Counted from the first letter of the stretch, positions 32,900 through 43,639 are shown. The stretch is DNA of 64,000 nt from an uncultured Bacteroidales bacterium (GCA_963736735.1 CAVTPX010000005.1:159932-223931), one strand, 5' to 3'. The notes: generated by a model from the letters alone, not told the origin. Numbers and translations: made by a program.

Positions 32900-35247
32900 A
32901 TGAGAACCGTTTATTATTTGTTAGTTATGGCAGTAATACTCTCTTCATGCGGAGGGAGCAAAAGCGTAAAACAAGGGGCTACTGTTCCCAATGCTTCATT
33001 TGAGGATGCAACACTTACAGTTGTCAATGGGTGGACTTCCGAGGCACGTTCAAGGGATATGGTTGCATTCTATGATTTTGTCAGCCATGAAGGCAAAAGG
33101 AGCCTTACCCTCATTGCCGACAGGCCGGCATCAGGCAGGTGGCTGACAAAGGTCGGACTTAAGCCCTGGTCAAAGTACAAATTTACCGGGTGGGTGAAAA
33201 CCGAAAACCTTGCGGCAGCAAAAGGAAATGGAGCAGGCTTCAGATTTGATGCCTTCAATGTTGACTATCCCGGACTCACCGGCACGAACGACTGGACTAA
33301 ACTCGAATTTGAATTCGAGACGGGAAATGATGATTCATCAGTACTGTCATGCCTCATGAATGTTGACGGCAACGCCTCGGGAAGGGTCTGGTTTGACGAT
33401 CTCAGTCTTGAGCTTATTTCTTCAGAGGTTATAAAAACATCGGTTAAGATTGATATTGCTCAGGCCAGAGAGCCGATGTCAGAGTACATCTACGGTCAGT
33501 TCATTGAACATCTGGGCAAATGCATTTACGGGGGCATCTGGGCGGAGATGATTGAAGACCGCAAATTCTGGTACGTCCCAGGTGAGAGGGAATCTCCCTG
33601 GAGGATCACCGGCAGGAGAGAACTCTTTTCTGTAGATAAAACTGCGCCTTTTACAGGAACACAGACTCCGGTGCTTACTGCCGGCACAGATGGCGTTGTA
33701 TCGATGCAACAGTCAGGCCTTGGCCTTAAGCCTGATCTGGATTACAACGGCCGGATTATCCTGAAGTCAACCCCTGGTATTGAAAAGGTTGATATTATAC
33801 TGAGCTGGGCTGACAGGTCAGAGACAGTGACTGTGACCGGGTTGACAGGCAATTACGCAAGCTATCCCCTGGCTTTTCATTCCGGAGAGCTGACTCACAA
33901 TGCCTCTACTTGAGATAAAACCTTACGGAAACGGTAAGCTATGGGTGGGCACAGTAAGTCTTATGCCCTCAGACAATGTTGAAGGTTTCAGGCCTGATGT
34001 CTTGGACCTGCTTCGTCAGCTTGATGCACCAGTCTACAGGTGGCCGGGCGGCAACTTCGTGAGCGGATATGACTGGAAAGACGGCATCGGTGACCGTGAC
34101 AAAAGACCTCCACGGAAGAATCCGGCATGGCAGGGAGTGGAACATAATGATGTTGGAATCCATGAGTTCATGACATTCTGTAAACTGCTTGGCACTGAAC
34201 CTTATATTGCGGTCAATGCAGGTCTTGGCGACTCAAAGCAGGCACAGGAAGAAGTTGAATACTGTAACGGAGGCGCAGATGACACCAATGGGCAGACTCA
34301 GGACCTCCAACGGTCAGGCTGAACCCTGGAATGTTAAATGGTGGTCTATAGGTAACGAGATGTACGGCGACTGGCAGCTGGGTCACATGACAACAGAAGA
34401 TTTTGTGAATAAGCACAATGCATTCGCTGATGCAATGAGAAGTGTGGACCCATCAATAAAACTGATTGCCGTAGGTGATCTTGGCGACTGGGACCGGATG
34501 GTACTTGCCAACTGCTCTGAAAGCATGGACCTGATAAGTGAACATTTCTACCGTCAGGACTGGCACGGTGGAGGTCTTATGACCCACGTGAAACAGATTC
34601 CTGATGCAATCAGGGAGAAGGCAGATGCGCACCGCCAGTACAGGAAAGAGATACCTGCGCTTGAAGGGAAGGATATCCGCATATGCATGGATGAGTGGAA
34701 CTACTGGTACGGTCCGCACATTTACGGCGAACTGGGAACACGTTACTTCATGCGTGACGCTCTGGGAATTGCAGCCGGCATTAACGAGTATTCACGGCAA
34801 AGCGATATAATATTCATGGCAAATTATGCCCAGACTGTAAATGTAATCGGGTGTATAAAAACAAATACAACAAGTTCTGTTTTTGATCCTACCGGGCAGG
34901 CACTGAAAATGTACAGGAGACATTTCGGAACAATACCGGTAGCAGTTAGCGGTGAAACAAGACCCCTCGACATTGCTGCCACACTGAACAGCACAAAGGA
35001 TACCCTGACACTCTCTGTTGTGAATCCGACAATGGCACCTGTTGAATTCCCGCTTGAATTACTCAGCGGCACACTGACCCCTGGCGGAGAACTCTGGCAG
35101 GTGGTTGCCGAAGATGACATGGCCTACAATGAGCCCGGTCAGCCCGAGAAGGTCAGGATTGAAGGCCCGGTGGCAGTGACTTCGGGAAAATCGATTTCAG
35201 TAAATCCTGCCAGCATCAGCATTTACCGTTTCGGTATTAAAAAATAA
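32900..35247 (+). pseudogene. CBM4/9-like + GH51 alpha-L-arabinofuranosidase, two +1 frameshifts (~33909, ~34281), or sequence errors
   Basis: The fragments are 32900..33913, 33900..34322 and 34189..35247, in frames 2,3,1. The N-terminal CBM-like domain reads GWTSEA...KYKFTGWVKTENL...GRVWFDDLSLE. The GH51 core has YRWPGGNFVSGYDWKDGIG, WWSIGNEMYG (acid/base Glu) and ICMDEWNYW (nucleophile Glu). Confidence 0.85.
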
Positions 35248-35283
35248 AAACAAATACTACTAAATATCCAAAAACCAGGTATC

Positions 35284-37998
35284 ATGAAAACGTCACGAAT
35301 TCTTATTTTGTTTTTAATTGCCTTTCTTGGACTTGCAGTGACACTGCCGGGCACCGGAAAGCAGAAGACGCAGGCAGAAAAGGCGAATGTCGCCGTTCTT
35401 GCCAATTTAAGCTCATCGGCACGCGGTGGAGGCCAGCTGACAGGACTGAATGACGGTCTGACCCCCAACACTGTTCCCGATCAGATGAGACAGTATATGA
35501 CAAGACCCCAGACAGGTAACAACCGCAGACCGTCACGTCTCACGGCACAGTGGTTTCAGTACGACTGGGCTTCGCCTGTAACGATTGACGAGGTGGCTCT
35601 CTACTGGTACAATTTCGATAACCTGGCAAAATTTCCGCAGGTGTACAGGCTGAAATACTGGGACGGTAAAGATTTCGTTCCGGTCAGCAATCCTGTCGGT
35701 CTCGGAATGGAAAATGACAAGTATAATAATACCTCATTTAACGAAGTGACAACGACCAGGCTGAGGCTTGAAGTCGATTCGGTCGACCGTTTCTCTAACA
35801 CCATCCTCGAATGGAAGGTGCTTAAGACTCTGAATTCGCCCGAGGTGGCTCCTGTCATTACAGCAGGCGGTGACCGTGATGTTGTTGTGGGTGGCAAAAC
35901 CTATCTTTCAGCTTCGATTAAGACTGTGGATCCTTTGAAGAATACTGCATGGACAGCAAAAGGTCCCGGAAAAGTTGTGTTTGCTGATCCTGCAGCACTT
36001 GTAACAACAGCCACATTCAGTACTCCCGGTGATTATGTATTGACACTTAGTTCCCAGGCAGGCACGATGAAATCATCGGCTGCACTGAATGTCAAAGCGG
36101 TCTTCCCGCCAAAAGAAAAGAGACTTGATGTAGTCTATACAAAGAGGTACAAGATTGATAATCCGCTTTGGAATGAACGGGCAAAGACGCTCATAACCAA
36201 CTGGATACCTTATTGTGTCAACCAGATTGAACGGACTGATCTTACTGAGGGCCAGGGCGGACTTGATAACTTCGTCGAGGCAGCGAAAGCTCTTCGCGGC
36301 GAAGCCCACGGGAAGCATCTGGGTTACGTATTTTCGAATGCCTGGGTACATCAGACTGTAGAGTCGATGTGCATTGCACTCATGGTTGATCCGCAGGGAG
36401 ACCCTGAAATAATTGCTGCACAGGAAAAGATGAAGGTTACCCTTGAGAAATGGATTCCAATCATTCTTGCTGCACAGGAGCCTGACGGTTATCTGCAGAC
36501 GGCATTCACACTTCGTGACACGGCACGCTGGCATAACAGATGGGCTCCCCAGACACGCGGAAACCATGAAGGTTATGTGGCAGGTTATTTTATCGAGTCA
36601 GCCATAAACCATTATACTCTCACTGAGGGCAAAGACAGGAGACTTTACGATGCAGCCAAGAAACTCTCTGACTGCTGGGTTGCCAACATTGGCCCCGGTA
36701 AGATTATCTGGTTCGACGGTCATCAGGAAATGGAACAGGCGCTTGTGCGTTTCGGAAGATTTGTAAATGATATGGAAGGTAACGGTCGCGGCGACAGTTA
36801 TGTTGCCCTCGCCAAATTCCTGCTTGACAGTCGTGCCGGCGGCAGTGAATATGATCAGAGTCATGTTCCTGTACAGCAGCAGTACGAGGCTGTCGGACAT
36901 GCCGTACGCGCGGTTTATAACTATTCTGCAATGGCCGATGTGGCTGCAGAGACAGGTGATGTCGATTACCAGAGCGCTGTGATGTCACTGTGGGATAACA
37001 TGGTAAACAAGAAGTACTATGTCACCGGTGGCGTAGGAAGCGGTGAAACATCTGAAGGTTTCGGTCCGAACTATTCGCTGCGCAATAATGCCTATTGCGA
37101 GTCATGCTCTAGTTGCGGTCTTATTTTCTTCCAGCATAAGATGAATATCGCATACCATGATGCAAAGTATGCTGACCTGTATGAGGAAACGATGTATAAT
37201 GCACTCCTTGGATCAGTCGATTTCGCAGGGAAGAATTTCTACTACACAAACCCACTGGCCTCCTCTTCAGGCCGCACTGCATGGCATGTATGTCCGTGCT
37301 GCGTTGGCAACATTCCGCGTACGCTGTTGATGATCCCTACCTGGACATATGTAAAAAGCGATGACGGCATCTATGTTAACCTTTATATCGGCAGTACAAT
37401 CAATGTTGAGAAAGCCGCCGGCACTGACATCGAGATGGTTCAGAAAACTGACTATCCGTGGAAGGGCGACGTTTCGATAACTGTAAACCCGAAACAGAGT
37501 AAGAAATTCACTGTATTTGTACGTGTTCCTGACCGCAAAACCAGCGAGCTTTACACTTCGGTTCCGGCACTCAATACCCTGAAGTCACTGGCAGTGAATG
37601 GCAAGCCTGTTCCGATGAAAATCGACAAGGGTTATATTGCAATTACCCGCGAATGGAAAAAGGGTGACAAAATTGATCTTGTAATCCCGATGGAGGTACA
37701 GCAGATTACCGCTGATGAAAAGATTGAAGCCAACAGGGGTCGTATTGCATTCCGTTACGGTCCGCTGATTTATAACGTGGAGAAGGCTGACCAGCCTGAC
37801 ATCAACCAGTCAGTTGGAGCAGGCACTTTCAAGGCACTGTGGAATCCTGATATGTTCAACGGCATCATGACAATTAACGGTACCTGGGCTGACGGAACAC
37901 CGCTTCTGTCCATTCCGAACTATCTGAGAGCCAACCGTCTTCCGGCAGAACGACCAGCAGACAGAGCTCCTGCCTTTATGGTCTGGATGACAAAGTAG
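35284..37998 (+). CDS. GH127/GH146-superfamily (DUF1680) enzyme with an N-terminal discoidin-like module and an Ig-like domain
   Basis: 904 aa. The N-terminal module (nt ~35383-35826) reads AQWFQYDWASPVTIDEVALYWYNFDNLAKFPQVYRLKYWDGKDFVPVSNPVG...TTRLRLEV...ILEWKVL. The catalytic region has [29 protein letters not shown] and VCPCCVGNI. Confidence 0.8.
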   Translation: MKTSRILILFLIAFLGLAVTLPGTGKQKTQAEKANVAVLANLSSSARGGGQLTGLNDGLTPNTVPDQMRQYMTRPQTGNNRRPSRLTAQWFQYDWASPVTIDEVALYWYNFDNLAKFPQVYRLKYWDGKDFVPVSNPVGLGMENDKYNNTSFNEVTTTRLRLEVDSVDRFSNTILEWKVLKTLNSPEVAPVITAGGDRDVVVGGKTYLSASIKTVDPLKNTAWTAKGPGKVVFADPAALVTTATFSTPGDYVLTLSSQAGTMKSSAALNVKAVFPPKEKRLDVVYTKRYKIDNPLWNERAKTLITNWIPYCVNQIERTDLTEGQGGLDNFVEAAKALRGEAHGKHLGYVFSNAWVHQTVESMCIALMVDPQGDPEIIAAQEKMKVTLEKWIPIILAAQEPDGYLQTAFTLRDTARWHNRWAPQTRGNHEGYVAGYFIESAINHYTLTEGKDRRLYDAAKKLSDCWVANIGPGKIIWFDGHQEMEQALVRFGRFVNDMEGNGRGDSYVALAKFLLDSRAGGSEYDQSHVPVQQQYEAVGHAVRAVYNYSAMADVAAETGDVDYQSAVMSLWDNMVNKKYYVTGGVGSGETSEGFGPNYSLRNNAYCESCSSCGLIFFQHKMNIAYHDAKYADLYEETMYNALLGSVDFAGKNFYYTNPLASSSGRTAWHVCPCCVGNIPRTLLMIPTWTYVKSDDGIYVNLYIGSTINVEKAAGTDIEMVQKTDYPWKGDVSITVNPKQSKKFTVFVRVPDRKTSELYTSVPALNTLKSLAVNGKPVPMKIDKGYIAITREWKKGDKIDLVIPMEVQQITADEKIEANRGRIAFRYGPLIYNVEKADQPDINQSVGAGTFKALWNPDMFNGIMTINGTWADGTPLLSIPNYLRANRLPAERPADRAPAFMVWMTK

Positions 37999-38016
37999 AC
38001 TGTAATAATTAATATC

Positions 38017-38053
38017 GGGGCGATCAGCCGGCTGGCAGATCGCCCCTCTTTTT
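38017..38053 (+). terminator. Rho-independent terminator after the GH127/146-like gene
   Basis: ggggcgatc ... gatcgcccc (9-bp stem) followed by tcttttt. Confidence 0.7.
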
Positions 38054-38069
38054 CCTAATAATTAAAATC

Positions 38070-40877
38070 ATGGCTTCGGAAAACACTTTTAAAACAATTA
38101 TCCTTTCAGCATTTGGCGCCGGTTTACTGCTGGTGACATCTGCAGTGCAGGGACAGAATGCAAGGCAGCAACAGCGGCCGCCTGAAGTACCGAAACAGGT
38201 GCTTGAAAACACAAATATCCGCGCGGCTTTTTCAGATCGGGGGGTCATATCACTTACAGATCCGCAGGATAAGTACAAGGCTGATATTATAAACAGCCGC
38301 TCGCCCTGGGGAAGGGTAAAACTGGCTTACAGGTCAGGTGCAGGTGAATGGATAGAGATGCCTGACTCTGTAAAGCAGCTGAAATCAGGAACATCAACGG
38401 CAGAATACATATCTGTGGATAAAAATGCTCCGGTAACCATGGATCAGCGTTTCACCCTCAACGGTGAAGTACTCGATTATGATATCACTGTAAAAAATAC
38501 CGGCACAGCACCGGTGGAGATAGGCGACCTTGGTATATTCCTTCCATGGAGGACAGCCTCCGGCGAGAATCCTGAATACATATTCGAAAATTGCTTCACA
38601 AAACACCATTATATCTCAGGCAACGGATCATTTATCTTCTTTACGAAGCCCTCGGGAGAACCTCCCTTCATAATGCTTTTGCCAAAAAAAGGTACCAAAC
38701 TGGAGTACTTTGACGGCGGCAGGGGAGGATATAAGGCATATATTCATTCTTCAGCAGCAGCAGCCAGTGTTGCAACCGGTACGTGGCGCCAGGCGAACAC
38801 CAGCCTGATGCTTGACCCCGGGAAAGGCAAATCCGAAGTAACCTACGGATTCAAAATCAAATGGGCAGACAGCTGGGATGACATGAGACAGACACTTTAT
38901 GAAGAGGGACTGTTCGATATCAGGGTCGTTCCGGGAATGACAATTCCCACAGATCTCACGGCAACCTTTTCACTGCATACAAAAAACAAAATAGACTCAA
39001 TAGTCCCTGAATTCCCGGGAAAAACAACTGTTAATTTCCTTGGAGAGAAACAGCCCGGACACCTCGTTTACAATGTCAGTTTCTCCAAACTTGGCGAAAA
39101 TATGCTGACTGTATGGTACGGTAACGGACAGAAGACCTACCTGGAGTTCTTTTCCACAGAACCGCTTGAAACTCTGGTGAAGAAAAGATCCTCTTTTATT
39201 GTAAACAGCACCCAGCACCGCGATACTACAAAATGGTACAACGGGCTCTATTCAGCCTATGACATGAAGAATGGCATCCTGCGCGGCCCTGACAATACCG
39301 ACGGCTATGACGGATGGTGGGGCTATGTGCTCGCGAGTGATGATCCCGGTCTGTGCAAGGCCCCTTATGTTGCAGCTAAGAACGTTTACTTTCCTGACGA
39401 TAAGGAAATTGCCTCAGTTGAGTATTACCTGAAGGAGTTTGTATGGAACGGCCTCCAGAGGACTGACAAGGATGATCCGTATCCTTACGGTATCTATGGC
39501 GTACCCAACTGGAAAGAGGCACGTGATCCGGCAGAGAGGGCTAAGATAAGCACGACTAACCTCGACAAGATGCATATCTGGCGCTCATATGATTACCCGC
39601 ATATTATAATGCTTTACTATCATATGTACCAGGTAGCGAAGATGTACCCTGAAAAGGTCCATTATCTTGACGCCGCAGGTTATCTTGAACGTGCATACCA
39701 GACTGCAAAGGCATACTTCATCTATCCCTACGAGATACTTCCCTGGTATGAGACATACAAGTGGGGCTGCTATAATGAGCTTGTCATCGAACCACTGATA
39801 GCTGACCTTGAAAAGGCAGGACGTTCCGCTGATGCAGCATGGCTGAGAAGTGAGTATGAAAAGAAGGTCAAATACTTCGTCTATGATGATGTCTACCCCT
39901 TCAGATCAGAGTATGCTCTCGACAGGACCGCCTTCGAATCATCATATGCATTCGCAAAATACGGCACACTGAACGAGATGAAGCCTGACAAAAACCTCTG
40001 GTATGATAAAAATGACAGTGTCTGGTATTCTCATCCTGTTGTCCGTAAGGAAGATTCGCGCGATTTTATGGAGCGGCAGAATCTTGCAGGACTGGCAGTT
40101 CGCGGCTGGCTTGAGACAAAATATTTCCTGCTCGGAAGCGACTTCACAAACAGCTCTGACAATCACTGCCTGAGTTACATGGCACGAATGGGCGGATGGG
40201 GAATCCTTGATTACGGCATTAACTTCTCTGAAAAACCTTACGACTGGCTTCAGCTGGGTTATGCCTCTTACCTGAGCTCATTTGCTCTTATGAACACCGG
40301 CACCGCAGAGACTGATTACGGTTTCTGGTTCCCGGGCAAGCAGAATGACGGAGCCATGGGCTGGGCTTTCATGGAGTCAAAAACCGGCAGGGCATGGATC
40401 AGGAAGGATATTGACCGCGGTGCATGGTTTTATGACGGAGAGGCTGACCTCGGCAACGGCGCAATATTCAGGACTGCACAGACGGTTCTGTCAGATGACC
40501 CGCTATTCGGATGGATATCTTACGGTGGTGTACTTACTCAGGCCAAAAAGGGATTTTATATTGTCCCGCGTGACGGCGTGAGATCCAGGTTCGCCATTGC
40601 CACCGAAAAAGTCAGGAAAACCCTGAGTCTTGATCACGACGGCTTTGCAGCTGAGAAACAGATAATCGTAACTCCGGCGCTTGACAAAGTGACCTTTACC
40701 CTCGAGAACAGGGGAGGCGGCAGCCACACCTCAATTCTGACAGTTACAACTCCTGAAGGAACTGAACCTGTTGTGACCGTAGACGGAAAGAAAGTGAAGG
40801 CGGTGAAAACAGGCGCAACCGCGTATGAAGCTGTGATCAGCGTATCAAAACCGACACATAAGATTACCGTACAATGA
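38070..40877 (+). CDS. Uncharacterised ~930-aa secreted protein, putative novel glycoside hydrolase (possibly DUF5695-like), tandem copy 1
   Basis: 935 aa with a signal peptide. A beta-rich N-terminal third is followed by a W/Y-rich central region (WWGYVLASDDPGLCKAPY, DPYPYGIYGVPNW, RSYDYPHIIMLYYHMYQVAKMYPE, GWGILDYGINFSEKPYDWLQLGYASYLSSFALMNTG) and a beta-rich C-terminus. I recognised no characterised catalytic signature. Confidence 0.7.
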   Translation: MASENTFKTIILSAFGAGLLLVTSAVQGQNARQQQRPPEVPKQVLENTNIRAAFSDRGVISLTDPQDKYKADIINSRSPWGRVKLAYRSGAGEWIEMPDSVKQLKSGTSTAEYISVDKNAPVTMDQRFTLNGEVLDYDITVKNTGTAPVEIGDLGIFLPWRTASGENPEYIFENCFTKHHYISGNGSFIFFTKPSGEPPFIMLLPKKGTKLEYFDGGRGGYKAYIHSSAAAASVATGTWRQANTSLMLDPGKGKSEVTYGFKIKWADSWDDMRQTLYEEGLFDIRVVPGMTIPTDLTATFSLHTKNKIDSIVPEFPGKTTVNFLGEKQPGHLVYNVSFSKLGENMLTVWYGNGQKTYLEFFSTEPLETLVKKRSSFIVNSTQHRDTTKWYNGLYSAYDMKNGILRGPDNTDGYDGWWGYVLASDDPGLCKAPYVAAKNVYFPDDKEIASVEYYLKEFVWNGLQRTDKDDPYPYGIYGVPNWKEARDPAERAKISTTNLDKMHIWRSYDYPHIIMLYYHMYQVAKMYPEKVHYLDAAGYLERAYQTAKAYFIYPYEILPWYETYKWGCYNELVIEPLIADLEKAGRSADAAWLRSEYEKKVKYFVYDDVYPFRSEYALDRTAFESSYAFAKYGTLNEMKPDKNLWYDKNDSVWYSHPVVRKEDSRDFMERQNLAGLAVRGWLETKYFLLGSDFTNSSDNHCLSYMARMGGWGILDYGINFSEKPYDWLQLGYASYLSSFALMNTGTAETDYGFWFPGKQNDGAMGWAFMESKTGRAWIRKDIDRGAWFYDGEADLGNGAIFRTAQTVLSDDPLFGWISYGGVLTQAKKGFYIVPRDGVRSRFAIATEKVRKTLSLDHDGFAAEKQIIVTPALDKVTFTLENRGGGSHTSILTVTTPEGTEPVVTVDGKKVKAVKTGATAYEAVISVSKPTHKITVQ

Positions 40878-43639
40878 AAATGAGAACCCTTCCCCGTGTT
40901 TGCCTGCTGATACTGCTGGCAGCGGTTGTATGTCATTCAACGGCCAGTGCACAGTCACGTGGCGGCCGGATCGTTCTGGAGAACAGTGCCATAAGCGGCA
41001 CGGTGACAATAGATGGTCTTACTTCCCTGACATCGCCTTCCGATCCGTTCGGAGCCAATGTCATCGGCGAGCGATCATGGGGAAGGGCATCTCTTACTTA
41101 TGAGATAGTTGAGGGCGCATGGCTTGAAATCTTCAAGGGCAGCACCCGTCTCGTTTCTGAATCTGACAACGCAGTCAGCATCATTAACTATGAAAAGGGG
41201 ATGCCCCAGAAGATGGAGCAGAGGTATACCCTTACCCCCGGAGGCATTGACTATGATATCAATATTGAGTCGATGATGCAATGGCCTGTCACAATCGGTG
41301 ACCTGGCCGTGAGCCTGCCTTTCCGGAGACCCGGCGGAGGCAGTCCCGAAGCCATCTTCGAGAAGTCGTTCACGATGCACCAGTTCATCTCCGGCAGCGG
41401 CTCATTCATCTATTTTGCCAGGCCTTCGGGAGAGGGCCCTTTCCTGATGGTGCTCCCCAAAAAAGGGACGAAGCTTGAGTATTTTGATGATGCAGGTGAA
41501 TACAAGGTTTTTATTCATTCAGCCGTATCAGGGCCTGCAGTAAAAAGCGGCACCTGGCGCCAGCAACACACCTCCTTGAACATGGGGCCTGCCGGAAGCG
41601 AAAACAGCCGCGTCAGCTATGGCTTTAAATTCCGCTGGGCAAAGAGCTGGGATGATATGCGGCAGATGCTTTATGATGAGGGTCTGTTTGACATCAGGGT
41701 AGTGCCGGGGATGACAATCCCTTCCGACCTTAAGGCACTCTTCTCTCTTCATACGAAAAACAAAATTGATTCGGTAACAGCAGAATTTCCGCTGAAGACA
41801 AAAGTAAAATACCTGGGTGAGAAGCAACCGGGTCATTTTATCTGGGAAGCTGAGTTCGGAAAGCTGGGTGAAAACCTTCTGACTGTACACTATAACGACG
41901 GGCAGAAGACATATCTGGAGTACTTCTCAACAGAACCGGTGGAGACTCTGATTAAAAAGCGCAGTTCCTTCATTGTCAACAGCCAGCAACACCGTGACAC
42001 GACAAAGTGGTATAACGGGCTCTTTTCAGTCTACGACATGAAGAACGGCATCCTGCGAGGTCCGGATGACACTGACGGCTTCGACGGCTGGTGGGGCTAT
42101 GTCCTCGCCTGTGATGACCCTGCACTTTGCAAGGCACCGTACCTTGCTGCAAAGAACGTCTATTATCCTGACGACAGTGAGATCGAAGCAATAGAATATT
42201 ACCTTGAGAATTTTGTGTGGAACGGACTTCAAAGGACAGATAAGGATGATCCTTATCCCTACGGTATCTATGGTGTTCCGAACTGGAAGGTGTCAAGAGA
42301 CATCAATGCCAGGGCGGGCATAAGGAGCCGGCAACTCGACCGGATGCAGGTATGGCGTTCATATGACTACCCTCATATCTTCATGCTCTATTACCACATG
42401 TACCAGATCGCGAAGATGTATCCTGAAAAGGTGAAATATCTGAGTGCGGAGCAGTACCTCGAGCGGGCTTATATGACCGCACGGGCATTTTTCATCTATC
42501 CGTATGAAATCTGGGGCGACTATTACAAGCCATATGAGATAGCCTGTTACAATGAACTCGTGATTGAGGATATTGTCTCGGCACTTCAGGAAGGCGGGAG
42601 AGTCAGTGAGGCTAAGTGGCTGAAGGGTGAATATGAGAAGAAGGCGAAGTTCTTTATTTATGACAACAGGTATCCTTACGGTTCCGAGTACTCTTTTGAC
42701 AGAACCGCTTTTGAATCATCATATGCGCTGGCGAAGTACGGTGTACTAAATAATATGTCTGCTGATACCAATCTGTGGTATGACAAGAATGCCGGCAAAT
42801 GGCTGTCGCATCCTGTAGTCAGGCAGGAAGACGCCAGGGATTTCATGGAGCGTCAGCATCACTCAGGCCTTACTGTAAAAGGGTGGCTGGAGACAAGCTA
42901 CTACCAGCTCGGGGCTGATAACAGCATGAGTTATATGGCGAAGATGGGAGGGTGGTCGATACTCGATTACGGCATCAACTTCGCAGAAAAGCCTTCCGAC
43001 TGGCTGCAGCTGGGCTACGCCTCGTATCTCAGTTCATTTGCACTGATGAATACAGGGACTGCTGAGAGCGACTACGGCTTCTGGTTCCCGGGAAAGAAGA
43101 ATGACGGTGCCATGGGATGGGCGTTTATGGATAATAAACATGGCATGGCCTGGATGCGGAAAGAGGTTGACAGGGGTGCATGGTTTTATGACGGCGAAGC
43201 TGACCTTGGCAACGGCGCTATCTTCAGGATGGCGCAGACAGTGCTCTCCAATGACCCTCTCTTTGGCTGGATAGCCTATGGCGGAACACTCAGAGAAACA
43301 AAAACGGGCTTTTTAATAACCCCGAAAGACGGCGTCAGAAACAGGTTCTCACTTGTGGCAGGCGACCGCAGGTTCTCTGTGACTCTTGAGAGAGACGGTT
43401 TCTCTGATAAAAGAGAGATAAGCGTTTCCAAAAACCTTAAATCGATGGCGATGTACCTTGAAAACAGGGCAGGTAAAGATCATGATGCGACCGTAACCGT
43501 CGAGAATCATACGGACCATACGGTGACTCTTAAACTTGACGGAAAGAAAGTGATGCCGGTTTCATCAGCCAACGGTTTTATACGTTTTGATATTAAAGTT
43601 GCAGGGAATGATCAGAAGATTGAGGTGCTTACCGATTAG
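40874..43639 (+). CDS. Uncharacterised ~920-aa secreted protein, tandem copy 2 (paralogue of 38070..40877)
   Basis: 921 aa. It is ~70-75% identical by eye to copy 1 across the central region (e.g. WWGYVLACDDPALCKAPY, RSYDYPHIFMLYYHMYQIAKMYPE). Its start overlaps the copy 1 stop (ATGA at 40874-40877). Confidence 0.7.
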   Translation: MKMRTLPRVCLLILLAAVVCHSTASAQSRGGRIVLENSAISGTVTIDGLTSLTSPSDPFGANVIGERSWGRASLTYEIVEGAWLEIFKGSTRLVSESDNAVSIINYEKGMPQKMEQRYTLTPGGIDYDINIESMMQWPVTIGDLAVSLPFRRPGGGSPEAIFEKSFTMHQFISGSGSFIYFARPSGEGPFLMVLPKKGTKLEYFDDAGEYKVFIHSAVSGPAVKSGTWRQQHTSLNMGPAGSENSRVSYGFKFRWAKSWDDMRQMLYDEGLFDIRVVPGMTIPSDLKALFSLHTKNKIDSVTAEFPLKTKVKYLGEKQPGHFIWEAEFGKLGENLLTVHYNDGQKTYLEYFSTEPVETLIKKRSSFIVNSQQHRDTTKWYNGLFSVYDMKNGILRGPDDTDGFDGWWGYVLACDDPALCKAPYLAAKNVYYPDDSEIEAIEYYLENFVWNGLQRTDKDDPYPYGIYGVPNWKVSRDINARAGIRSRQLDRMQVWRSYDYPHIFMLYYHMYQIAKMYPEKVKYLSAEQYLERAYMTARAFFIYPYEIWGDYYKPYEIACYNELVIEDIVSALQEGGRVSEAKWLKGEYEKKAKFFIYDNRYPYGSEYSFDRTAFESSYALAKYGVLNNMSADTNLWYDKNAGKWLSHPVVRQEDARDFMERQHHSGLTVKGWLETSYYQLGADNSMSYMAKMGGWSILDYGINFAEKPSDWLQLGYASYLSSFALMNTGTAESDYGFWFPGKKNDGAMGWAFMDNKHGMAWMRKEVDRGAWFYDGEADLGNGAIFRMAQTVLSNDPLFGWIAYGGTLRETKTGFLITPKDGVRNRFSLVAGDRRFSVTLERDGFSDKREISVSKNLKSMAMYLENRAGKDHDATVTVENHTDHTVTLKLDGKKVMPVSSANGFIRFDIKVAGNDQKIEVLTD

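Noticed and set aside
38024-38278. 84-aa minus-strand ORF across the terminator and the start of the 38070 gene
   Set aside because: It spans a rho-independent terminator hairpin and is antisense to a signal-peptide-encoding start. No motif was recognised.
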